Below the pieces are notes generated by a model that ran no database searches, was not told where the DNA came from, and was given only the letters and a program-made list of their open reading frames with translations. Of a DNA stretch of 32,000 nucleotides, positions 9,929 to 18,085 are shown one piece after another (within the stretch, counting starts at the first letter, position 1; each line of letters starts with the position of its first letter). Both the position numbers and the translations under genes were made by a program. This DNA is from Halogeometricum borinquense DSM 11551 (GTDB taxonomy: Archaea; Halobacteriota; Halobacteria; Halobacteriales; Haloferacaceae): the NCBI RefSeq assembly GCF_000172995.2, contig NC_014729.1, positions 1,890,001-1,922,000 of the forward strand, written 5' to 3'.

Positions 9929-9962
9929 CTACTCGTTGCGAACGCGACTGACTACTCGTTGC
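9917..9962. repeat. perfect tandem duplication, 2 x 23 bp (GAACGCGACTGACTACTCGTTGC)
   Basis: Read directly: 9917-9939 is identical to 9940-9962. The first copy contains the last codons and the stop of the zinc-ribbon gene. Confidence 0.9.
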
Positions 9963-9974
9963 GGTTGGTGCCGT

Positions 9975-10337
9975 TTACTCGTCGCCGCCGCCAGTGCCGT
10001 TGTCCTCGCTGCGCTCCGACTCCTCGACGTGTTGTCCCCAGAACCCGGGGTGTTTCTCGACGGTCACATCCCCGAGGACGCGCGTCTGACACGACAGACG
10101 GAGGCCTGAGTCGGGGTGGTGCGGTGGAAACGACAGCCGTGTTTCCTCTCGCTTCGTCCGGTCGGTGACCGCGCCTTCGACGGCGACGGCACAGGTGCCG
10201 CACGTCCCCCGTCCCCGGCAGTTGAGCATGTCCGCGCTCCCGTTGTGAGGCGACTCGCCCGCAGCGAGGAGGACGTCGCGGAGGACCGCACCCCGTTCGC
10301 ACTGAATCTCGCTGTCCCGGAATTGAACGGTCGGCAT
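9975..10337 (-). CDS. 2Fe-2S (plant-type) ferredoxin-like protein
   Basis: Motif CRGRGTCGTC (C-x4-C-x2-C) plus a distal LSCQTRV cysteine. ATG at 10337 (MPTVQF...), with an alternative start at 10364. Confidence 0.85.
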   Translation of the reverse strand: MPTVQFRDSEIQCERGAVLRDVLLAAGESPHNGSADMLNCRGRGTCGTCAVAVEGAVTDRTKREETRLSFPPHHPDSGLRLSCQTRVLGDVTVEKHPGFWGQHVEESERSEDNGTGGGDE

Positions 10338-10513
10338 ACCTGTATCCCCGGCCCGAACGGACAAAGCGTCGTCGGCAGTTGGTAGTCAGAGTAGCCAAAG
10401 CGCCCCTGTAGCGGGCAGTCTGGTGGTCCAGCCACAGTGCGCCCGTGGTACGCTTCGGTGACGGCTATCGGAACAGCAGTCAGTATAAATATCGTGGCAC
10501 CCACGTTTCGACC

Positions 10514-11182
10514 ATGCGAACGACTCGACGGTCCTATCTCGCCGCCGCCGGTGGTGCCCTCGCGGCCACTGCCGGGTGTCTCGGCGGTTCCGATAGCCAG
10601 TCCAAGCCCTCCTGTGAAGTTGGCGACCTCGAACAGGTAAAATCGCTTCCGACGCCGACGCTCGGCCCCGAGGACGCCGACGTGACGGTGGACGTGTACG
10701 AAGACTTCGCCTGTCCTCACTGTGCGACGTACAACGTTGATGTCTTCCCGAAGGTAAAGCAGAACTACATCGACACCGGGAAGATTCGCTACCGCTTTTT
10801 CGACTTCCCGATTCCCGTAAGCAAACAGTGGTCGTGGGGCGGCGCAATCGCCGCGCGCGCCGTGCAGGACCGCACCGACGACGAGACGTACTTCAAGTAC
10901 GCAAAGAGGTTATTCGAGAAACAGAACGAACTCACGAGTAACGGCTACACCGTCATCCACGACGTAGCAAACGAGTTCGACGTTGACGGCTGTGAAGTGA
11001 TGGCTTCGGTCGAACAAGACATCTATCGCTCAGTCGTCAAGAGCGACCGGCAACGCGGCATCGAAGTCGACATTGGGGGGACGCCCGCCATTATCGTCAA
11101 CGGTGAGCACCTCTCCGGTGCCGGATGGGAGACGGTCAAGAACGGCATCGAAGGACACCTGAAGTCCGCATCAAAGTCGTAA
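10514..11182 (+). CDS. DsbA-family thiol:disulfide oxidoreductase, Tat-signal lipoprotein
   Basis: MRTTRRSYLAAAGGALAATAGC (twin-Arg plus lipobox), the active site FACPHC, and a DsbA-like C-terminal GTPAIIVNGE. Confidence 0.9.
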   Translation: MRTTRRSYLAAAGGALAATAGCLGGSDSQSKPSCEVGDLEQVKSLPTPTLGPEDADVTVDVYEDFACPHCATYNVDVFPKVKQNYIDTGKIRYRFFDFPIPVSKQWSWGGAIAARAVQDRTDDETYFKYAKRLFEKQNELTSNGYTVIHDVANEFDVDGCEVMASVEQDIYRSVVKSDRQRGIEVDIGGTPAIIVNGEHLSGAGWETVKNGIEGHLKSASKS

Positions 11183-11283
11183 CTGACCTGCGCACCACCC
11201 ATGCACGACTGCGTACGGATTTTGTCTTTCGGCATCTTTCACCCGACTATGCAGCGACCGGTCCCCTGCGGAGGTATCTGTCC

Positions 11284-11802
11284 GTGAAACGGCGCGAACT
11301 CATCGCCGGAGTTGGGAGTCTCGCGGTCGTCGGCGGCGCAGGATACGTCGCGTTGAACGGCGTCGGTCTCGGAGACGACGGTCTCCCGCTGACCGTCCAG
11401 ACGTTGGATGCACCGGGTTCAGAGGCAGGGAAGCGACCGGTACCCGCTCCCGGGAAACCAACCGTTCTCGACCTGTTCGCTACGTGGTGTGTTCCGTGTT
11501 CGGCGCAGATGGAGTCGTTGACGGCGCTCCACGAGGAGTTTGGTGACGACGTTGCGTTCGTCTCGGTGACGAACGAAGGGTTCGGCGACAATCTCACGGC
11601 CGACGACGTGCGCAAGTGGTGGGCCGACCACGACGGCGCGTGGACAGTCGGTCACGACCCCGAGAGCCGTCTGATGAAAGTGTTAGGTGCCGGTGGGCTT
11701 CCCTACCTCGCCGTCTTCGACGCCGACGGGACCGCGACGTGGACCCACCGCGGCCTCGCCTCGGAGTCGAACCTCAGAGCGCAGATTACGGCGGTGCTGT
11801 GA
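11284..11802 (+). CDS. TlpA/ResA-like membrane-anchored thioredoxin (redoxin domain)
   Basis: GTG at 11284 (VKRRELIAGVGSLAVVGGAGY anchor). Active site WCVPC, then PYLAVFDADG. The longer ORF start overlaps the DsbA gene and is unlikely. Confidence 0.85.
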   Translation: MKRRELIAGVGSLAVVGGAGYVALNGVGLGDDGLPLTVQTLDAPGSEAGKRPVPAPGKPTVLDLFATWCVPCSAQMESLTALHEEFGDDVAFVSVTNEGFGDNLTADDVRKWWADHDGAWTVGHDPESRLMKVLGAGGLPYLAVFDADGTATWTHRGLASESNLRAQITAVL

Positions 11803-12473
11803 TGCAGATGGCCGCTTCGGGCGCGTTCGCTGGAACCGTCGCATTCGCCGTCTCAGCGGGCGCCGCTACCTTCCTCGCTCCCTGCGCGTATCCGCTCTTG
11901 CCGGGGTACATCAGCTACTACGTTGGACGCGACGATTCGGATACTGGGGGCGCCATCGTCCGCGGCACTGCCGCAGCGATTGGCGCACTTGTTGTCCTCG
12001 TCACTGTCGCCGGAGTCCTGTTCACTGCCGGAACAGCCGTCGTCTCACACCTCACACTCCTTGAGCCAATTATTGGCGTCGCACTCATCGTCCTCGGTGC
12101 GCTGTTCGCACTGGGTCATGCGCCGACACTCCACATGCAACTACCCGAGCGGCGTTCGTCCGTCGGCGGGTTTGCCGTCTTCGGCGGCGTCTACGCTCTC
12201 GCCGCCGCCGGGTGCGTCGTTCCCGTCTTCGTCGGCGTCGTCACGCAATCGCTCACGCTATCTACGGGAAAGGCGGCCATCGTCCTCCTCGCGTACGCGC
12301 TTTCTGTCGCCGCCCCACTCGCAGCGGTGACGGTGTTAGGAGCACTCGGAAGCTATGCGTTCCGCGACCTGTCGAAGTACATCGGGTCGGTACAGCGTAT
12401 CGCAGGCGTCGTGATGGTTCTCGCCGGGCTGTGGCAGGTTGTCATCTCGTTGCAGTTCCTGGGATGGGTGTGA
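11802..12473 (+). CDS. ccdA: CcdA/DsbD-family transmembrane thiol-disulfide electron transporter
   Basis: ATG overlaps the previous stop (GTGATG). Two membrane-embedded Cys motifs (LAPCAYPLLPGY and AAAGCVVPVF). About 6 TM helices. Confidence 0.85.
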   Translation: MQMAASGAFAGTVAFAVSAGAATFLAPCAYPLLPGYISYYVGRDDSDTGGAIVRGTAAAIGALVVLVTVAGVLFTAGTAVVSHLTLLEPIIGVALIVLGALFALGHAPTLHMQLPERRSSVGGFAVFGGVYALAAAGCVVPVFVGVVTQSLTLSTGKAAIVLLAYALSVAAPLAAVTVLGALGSYAFRDLSKYIGSVQRIAGVVMVLAGLWQVVISLQFLGWV

Positions 12474-12511
12474 GGCCACGGCGACTCCGAGCGGCAACCA
12501 CCGAGACGGTG

Positions 12512-12931
12512 TCAGTCAGACCAGTCGCCTTTTCGTGAGATGCGGTTGCGAACCTCGTGAACGACTTCTGGGTGGTGTTCTGCGATGTCGGTCATCGTGA
12601 TAATACCGACGAGTTCCATTCCGTCCCTAACGGGGAGTTTCTTGACTTCGTGCTGTTTCATCGTGTCGAGTGCAGTGGTGATGCTCGTCTGTTCTGTCGT
12701 CATCACGAGATCACGACTCATCACGTCAGTTACCGCGATATCAGCGAGCGAGCCCCCATCTTGGTAGGTCCCCCAGAGCGCATCTGAGCGAGTAACGATA
12801 CTGATTGGGCCGGTATCGAGGACGACGACGCTTCCGACGCGACGCTCCAACATCGATCTGACGGCCTCACGCAGGGTTGCATCGAGAGTGACGGTCACGA
12901 CGGGCGAACTCATAACCTGAGCTACTTGCAT
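12512..12931 (-). CDS. CBS domain pair protein
   Basis: Two CBS-like repeats (VMSSPVVTV...VGSVVVLD...IVTRSD and VMSRDLVMT...KKLPVRD...VGIITMTDI). Confidence 0.85.
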   Translation of the reverse strand: MQVAQVMSSPVVTVTLDATLREAVRSMLERRVGSVVVLDTGPISIVTRSDALWGTYQDGGSLADIAVTDVMSRDLVMTTEQTSITTALDTMKQHEVKKLPVRDGMELVGIITMTDIAEHHPEVVHEVRNRISRKGDWSD

Positions 12932-13059
12932 ACAGAACTGACCGGGGAGAGGACAAGCATCCCCTTAGGTGATTCGACGCGGTGAGTCTCGGATACCGAC
13001 GCCGCGGGCACTCTCGTCTCCACGATACCGCGGGAGTATAGTTTAATCCGGAGTAACTG

Positions 13060-13314
13060 TCAACCATGCTCTCCACGCTTCGCGGTTTCCTTCTCGGATG
13101 AGACCCGGTCGGCAGTCGCAGCCGCTGGTCGTTTGTCATCGGACTCTTTTGTATCACGTTCGCCGCATACGCCGTCGGCGTCTTCACCATCACCGGCGAT
13201 ATAGTGTTTATCTCCTGACAGGACATCTTCCTCGGAACCAGAGGCGTCATCATCGGAGCAATCGGGTTCGTGGTCGGGTGGGCCATCAGACGCGGGTCCA
13301 GCCTGTACCGCCAC
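13060..13314 (-). CDS. possible small highly acidic, disordered protein (weak call)
   Basis: 84 codons with a GTG start. The composition is acidic, but there is no hydrophobic core and many A/T-ending codons unlike the neighbours. Confidence 0.25.
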   Translation of the reverse strand: MAVQAGPASDGPPDHEPDCSDDDASGSEEDVLSGDKHYIAGDGEDADGVCGERDTKESDDKRPAAATADRVSSEKETAKRGEHG

Positions 13315-13344
13315 CGAAACGCGACCGCCGACGGGGAGTAAGCG

Positions 13345-14634
13345 TCATTCCAGTCCGGGAACGTCGCCCGTCGGCGTGGGCAACGCTCGCAGCGACCGCG
13401 GCGGGACGAGGAAGTTGCCGCGGCGCTTGACGAAGATGTACTCCAAAATGCCGTTGTTTACCTGCTGTCTGATCGTCGGAATGTCGGTCAGATCCGACCC
13501 GTTCATCGCCTCGCGGACCTCCTCGAACGCCGAGATACCGCGTTGGAGGCTCGGGAAGTGCAGACTGGCCTCGCTGTTGTCGGTCGATTCGAAGTGGCGT
13601 CTGAGCAGTCGGACGTTGCCCTCGTCGTCGCGGTTTGCGCGCGCGGCCTTCGCTGCGTGACCGGCACGGCCGAACTCCTCGGCTTGCTGGCGGACGTTTT
13701 CGATCATCTCCGGTGTGAGTCCGCTGGCGTCTCCGAGATTCTCGCCGACGCCTTCGACGAGTCCGCGTTCGGCGTGAACTGGCGAGAACATCTCCATCAC
13801 GCGCTCTTCGAAGTCTTGCTCTTCGTACCAGTCATCGAGGCGCTGACGAATGGTGGCGAGGTGTTTCGTCGTTCCGCCCGCGAACGGCCCCTCCGAAATC
13901 GTCACGTACGCTTCGGACGCTTGATTGCCCGCAAAGCCAGCTTTGAATCCCATGAACAACGGTGATTCCTCGGGTACCGGATTCGATGTTGGAATCCCCT
14001 TCAGCCCATCCTGTCGTTCGGCGGGCATTCCCGGTCCGACGAATCCTGTTCGCCGGTCTGCGACACTGAACACGTCGGTCAGCGGTGCCGCGACTTCGAC
14101 CGAGTTGAGCGTGTCCTGGTTCCCGCGAAGGGCTTCTTCGGCGGCGAGTACCGCGTCGGCGCGGTCCGACGCGAGATGGACGAGCGCGTCCTGCCGGTCG
14201 AACTTGGGTGTCTCGAACGACGAGAGCGAACGTGGTTCGGGGAGATCGATATGCTCCGGCAGTGACTCCTCGAATCGGGAGAAGTACCGTGGCGAGTAGG
14301 CGATAGAGTAGATCAGTCCCTCGTGAGTCCGCTTGTACGCCCGGTCCAGCGTCGTCAGCGCGTCTTCGACCGCCTTGCGGTCTGACTCGCTGGGGACGCC
14401 GTCGAGATTCAGATAGAGGAGGATCTGATGGCGCGGTAGTTCGACGTTCCCGTGTCCGTCGGTACGGATGAACTCGTTCCACGCGTGCTGTCGCTTCGGA
14501 AGCGATGACGGGTCGTCCGTCCCCGCCGGAATCGGCTCGTCGTTGCGAGACATGCAAGCGGAGAGGGCTGTCGCGCCGCCGAGCGCGACGGCAGATTTCA
14601 GAAACGTCCGGCGAGACGCACCACGCTCGAACAT
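13345..14634 (-). CDS. DyP-type (EfeB-like) haem peroxidase, Tat-signal lipoprotein
   Basis: SRRTFLKSAVALGGATALSAC signal. C-terminal pattern SLHFPSLQR ... ILEYIFVKRRGNFLVPP resembles the DyP/EfeB GLxFxxxQ ... GGGYFFxxP ending. Confidence 0.8.
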   Translation of the reverse strand: MFERGASRRTFLKSAVALGGATALSACMSRNDEPIPAGTDDPSSLPKRQHAWNEFIRTDGHGNVELPRHQILLYLNLDGVPSESDRKAVEDALTTLDRAYKRTHEGLIYSIAYSPRYFSRFEESLPEHIDLPEPRSLSSFETPKFDRQDALVHLASDRADAVLAAEEALRGNQDTLNSVEVAAPLTDVFSVADRRTGFVGPGMPAERQDGLKGIPTSNPVPEESPLFMGFKAGFAGNQASEAYVTISEGPFAGGTTKHLATIRQRLDDWYEEQDFEERVMEMFSPVHAERGLVEGVGENLGDASGLTPEMIENVRQQAEEFGRAGHAAKAARANRDDEGNVRLLRRHFESTDNSEASLHFPSLQRGISAFEEVREAMNGSDLTDIPTIRQQVNNGILEYIFVKRRGNFLVPPRSLRALPTPTGDVPGLE

Positions 14635-14750
14635 GGACTGGGCTAGGTCACTCGCGGTGAAGTGGGTTCTGGTGCGCCTCTCGTTGTGTGCCGCTCGAAG
14701 TCCGCCGACGAACCACGCCGTTCATGACCGCTGAGCCGTAACTACGGATA

Positions 14751-15440
14751 ATGAATCGACGCTCCTTTCTCCGTGCGGCAGGGGTGACCGGCGCGGCTGG
14801 TCTTGCAGGTTGTCTCGGCGGATCTCCGCTCGGATCCGGCGACTCGAACCCGAACGTCGTCCTCAGCGAACCGGACCGTGACAAGCAACTGGAGAGCGAG
14901 GACCTGCCGTATCCGGCGTGGGGCCAGCGCGTCCCCGACGTGACGATTCCGGCACCACTCTCGGACGAGGATGTCTCCGTGCGCGACATCGAGGGGCCGC
15001 ACTTCCACACGTTCTTTTTCACCAACTGTATGACAGTCTGTCCGCTTCTCATCAGTTCCCTGCGCAAAGTTCAGGTGCACTCGATCAACGAGGGGTACGA
15101 CGACGAGGTGTCGTTCTACCCGGTTTCGTTCGACCCGGCGCGCGACGACGCCGAGGCCTTCCGGAAAGAGGCAAAGCAGATGAACATCGATATGGACGCC
15201 GGAAACTGGCATTTCCTCCGTCCGGACGGGAAGAGTGAGGCGCGGCGTATCGTTGACGAGACGTTCGGCGTCTTCTTCGAAAAGCAGGAGAACGGAGACA
15301 AGCCGTACATGTTCGCACACACGAGCGTCGTTCTCCTCGTCAACGGGGATGGCTACGTCGAACGCGCGTACCGCGGGACTAATCCCGACGAACAGAAACT
15401 TATCGAGGACCTCCGGCGCGTCCGCAACGCATCGGAGTGA
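14751..15440 (+). CDS. SCO1/SenC-family copper chaperone, Tat-signal lipoprotein
   Basis: MNRRSFLRAAGVTGAAGLAGC signal, the CxxxCP motif (FFTNCMTVCP), and a downstream conserved His (FAHTSVVLLVNGDG). Confidence 0.9.
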   Translation: MNRRSFLRAAGVTGAAGLAGCLGGSPLGSGDSNPNVVLSEPDRDKQLESEDLPYPAWGQRVPDVTIPAPLSDEDVSVRDIEGPHFHTFFFTNCMTVCPLLISSLRKVQVHSINEGYDDEVSFYPVSFDPARDDAEAFRKEAKQMNIDMDAGNWHFLRPDGKSEARRIVDETFGVFFEKQENGDKPYMFAHTSVVLLVNGDGYVERAYRGTNPDEQKLIEDLRRVRNASE

Positions 15441-15579
15441 CGGGCACCGTCTGACCGCCCGTTCGGCAGCCCGAATCACCTGTTTGCGGTCGAACGAACC
15501 CTGTCGCGGTCTCCGTCTCGAACACCATCCCCGACCGCCGAACGACGCGATTTTCTGTCAGCAAACACCACCGGAGTGT

Positions 15580-16779
15580 ATGGACAGACGGACGGAACGA
15601 CGCCGACTCGCCCTCGCAGTGTGGGCGGTGTTGGTGTCGCAGGTGCTACTCTATCCCGGCGTCGCTGACTTGGTTCACGAACTCGGCGGCACGGGCGACG
15701 TGCAGAGTGGGATGTGGTTCCTCGTCGCTGAGTTCGCCGCTTTCGTCACGTTCGCAGGTGTTTGGGGTGCCGCAAGCGATGCCCTCGGGAGACGGCGGTC
15801 GCTCATCGTCACGGGGGCACTCGGCGGTGCCCTCGGCTACCTCGTCCTCGCCGCCGTCCCCGCTCTCGGCGTCTCCTTCACTGCTGTTCTCGGCATTCGC
15901 GCCCTCGGTGGCACCATGACTATCGGGGCGTTCTCGCTGTCGATGACGGCACTTGCTGACCTCTCCTCGGAGAACGGGAAGAATATGGGTGCAGCGGGTA
16001 TCGCTATCGGTCTCGGTGCGGCACTCGGCTCTGTCGTCGGCGGCCGACTCGCTGACGCCGATCCGCTTTATCCACTGTACGGGGCGGCGACGCTCCTCGT
16101 CGTCGCGGCGGTCATCGTCGCCACCGTTCCGGACCGAACACCAGACGGCGTCCGTGTCCGCCTCGGCGCTGCGCTCGGCCGTCTCCGTGAACGCCCTGAA
16201 CTCGGGATTCCGTACGCCTTCGGCTTTATCGACCGGATGACGGCGGGATTCTTCTCGCTGGTCGGTGTCTTCTACTTCCGTTCGTTCGGTCTCGACGCGT
16301 TCGGGGCGGGACTCGCGCTGTTCGCGTTTTTCTTCCCGTTTGCAGTACTCCAGTATCCGCTCGGCGTCCTCTCGGATCGGGTCGGCCGGTTCGTCCCCGT
16401 CATCGTCGGGTCCATCGGGTTCGGTCTCACCATCATCGTCGTCGGTGTCGCACCGACGCTCCCGCTCGCCATCGTGTCGATGATTCTCGTCGGCGTCTTC
16501 GGTGCGCTCGTTTCGCCCTCGACGATGGCGCTCGTCACCGACATCGCGGATCCGGACGAACGAGGCGCGGCTCTGGGCGGCTTCAACGTCTTCGGCAGTC
16601 TCGGCTTTCTCACGGGATTCGTCGTCGGAGGATTCACCACCTCGACAGCCGACTTTCTCACCGCCTTCCTCGTTGTCGGCCTCTCAGAAGTCGCCATCGC
16701 CCTCGTCGCCGCGCGTTCGGTCTGGCGACTCTCGTCTGGAGGCTTTGGCAAGGGAATCGTCGGGTCAGTGAGAGACTGA
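15580..16779 (+). CDS. MFS transporter
   Basis: ATG at 15580. About 12 hydrophobic helices and an MFS loop motif (GAASDALGRRRS). The upstream part of the track ORF is Arg/Ser-rich and non-coding-like. Confidence 0.9.
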   Translation: MDRRTERRRLALAVWAVLVSQVLLYPGVADLVHELGGTGDVQSGMWFLVAEFAAFVTFAGVWGAASDALGRRRSLIVTGALGGALGYLVLAAVPALGVSFTAVLGIRALGGTMTIGAFSLSMTALADLSSENGKNMGAAGIAIGLGAALGSVVGGRLADADPLYPLYGAATLLVVAAVIVATVPDRTPDGVRVRLGAALGRLRERPELGIPYAFGFIDRMTAGFFSLVGVFYFRSFGLDAFGAGLALFAFFFPFAVLQYPLGVLSDRVGRFVPVIVGSIGFGLTIIVVGVAPTLPLAIVSMILVGVFGALVSPSTMALVTDIADPDERGAALGGFNVFGSLGFLTGFVVGGFTTSTADFLTAFLVVGLSEVAIALVAARSVWRLSSGGFGKGIVGSVRD

Positions 16780-16816
16780 CGCAGGACTGTCGCGTTCGGC
16801 GATGAGGGCCGCCAAC

Positions 16817-17791
16817 TCAGTCGTGCCCAGAGACGCGGACGGGTTCGTACGGTTCTTCGAGGTAGTCGATGTCGGAATCGGACAGTGAGATATCGAGCGC
16901 CTCCACGGCGTCTTCGAGGTGTTCGATACTCGTCGTTCCGACGATGGGGGCGTCCACCCAGTCTTTGTGGAATAACCACGCGAGGCCGATTTGTGCCATC
17001 TTCACGCCCTTCTCGTCTGCGAGTTGCTGCACGCGCTCGTTTATCTCTCGGCCGCCGCCTTCGAGATACGGATGCCCGTGGGCGAGTTCGTCAGTTTCGC
17101 CCCGTTCGGTCGAACGTGCTTCCTGGTGCGGACGAGCGACCCACCCGCGGGCGAGCGGTGACCACGGAATGACGCCGACGTTCTCCTTCTCGCAGAGCGG
17201 AAGCATCTCGCGCTCCTCCTCGCGGTAGAGAAGATTGTAGTGGTTCTGCATCGTAACGAACCGGTCGAAGCCGAGTCGGTCCGAGGTATGGAGGGCCTCC
17301 GCGAACTGGTGTGCCCACATCGACGACGCGCCGAGATACCGAACTTTCTCGCGGCGAACTGCATCGTCCAACGCTCGGAGTGTCGTCTCGATGGGCGTAT
17401 CGTAATCCCAGCGGTGGATCTGTAGGAGATCAACGGTGTCCATCCCCAGTCTGTCGAGCGAGTTGTCCAACTCCTGTTCGATTGCCTTCCGCGAGAGGCC
17501 GCCGGAGTTCGGATCTGAGTCGTCCATCTGGAAGTACAACTTCGTCGCCACCACCGCCTCGTCGCGGCGGCCTTCCAACGCCTCCCCGAGGATGCGCTCA
17601 GACTCGCCCTCGGAGTACATATTCGCCGTATCGAAGAAGTTGATTCCGAGTTCGATAGCCCTGTCCACTAACTCCTTGCCCGCCTCCTCGTCTACTACCC
17701 ACTCGCGCCAGTCGCTCGTCCCGAAACTCATACAGCCGAGACAGATTCTGGACACCTCCATTCCGGTGTCACCGAGCGTCGTATACTCCAT
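16817..17791 (-). CDS. aldo/keto reductase
   Basis: ATG at 17791 (MEYTTLGDTGMEVSRICLGCMSFG), then FFDTANMYSEGESE, and 324 aa in length. The upstream part of the track ORF is implausible. Confidence 0.93.
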   Translation of the reverse strand: MEYTTLGDTGMEVSRICLGCMSFGTSDWREWVVDEEAGKELVDRAIELGINFFDTANMYSEGESERILGEALEGRRDEAVVATKLYFQMDDSDPNSGGLSRKAIEQELDNSLDRLGMDTVDLLQIHRWDYDTPIETTLRALDDAVRREKVRYLGASSMWAHQFAEALHTSDRLGFDRFVTMQNHYNLLYREEEREMLPLCEKENVGVIPWSPLARGWVARPHQEARSTERGETDELAHGHPYLEGGGREINERVQQLADEKGVKMAQIGLAWLFHKDWVDAPIVGTTSIEHLEDAVEALDISLSDSDIDYLEEPYEPVRVSGHD

Positions 17792-18085
17792 GTCATCCGT
17801 AGACACCACTGCGCGGACGAAAAAACCATGCGAGGCGGTGGGGACGGCCGCCTTTGGGAGTGGGTGTTCTCTCAGGTATAGGTAATCGGTAACATGGATT
17901 TTTATCTGGTAACCGTATAGTCGTAAGCGGGAGTTCCGAAGTGCTACCATAGAACATGGGTCGGGGAAGGCGGCACGGGGAGATGGCTCGCACCGCCGCG
18001 GTACCGATACTGTAGGAGCCGACCGAGGGACGGCAGTCACTCCTCGGCGCAGTGTTTTTTCACGGAAGTCAGAGAGAAGGGCTGA

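Noticed and set aside
12867-13286. 139-codon minus-strand ORF, and the 13098-13430 plus-strand ORF, in the CBS/DyP gap.
   Set aside because: The products are basic and Pro/Arg-rich, and the first overlaps the CBS gene start. Neither has a recognisable motif.
15235-15579. The 5' extensions offered by the ORF track: for the MFS gene here, and similarly 16817-18040, 10445-10513, 11125-11283, 11616-11801, 19394-19462, 7158-7226 and 30668-30706.
   Set aside because: The extensions are Arg/Ser-rich or overlap the preceding gene. Internal ATG or GTG starts give canonical N-termini (signal peptides or family-typical starts) and tight operon junctions.
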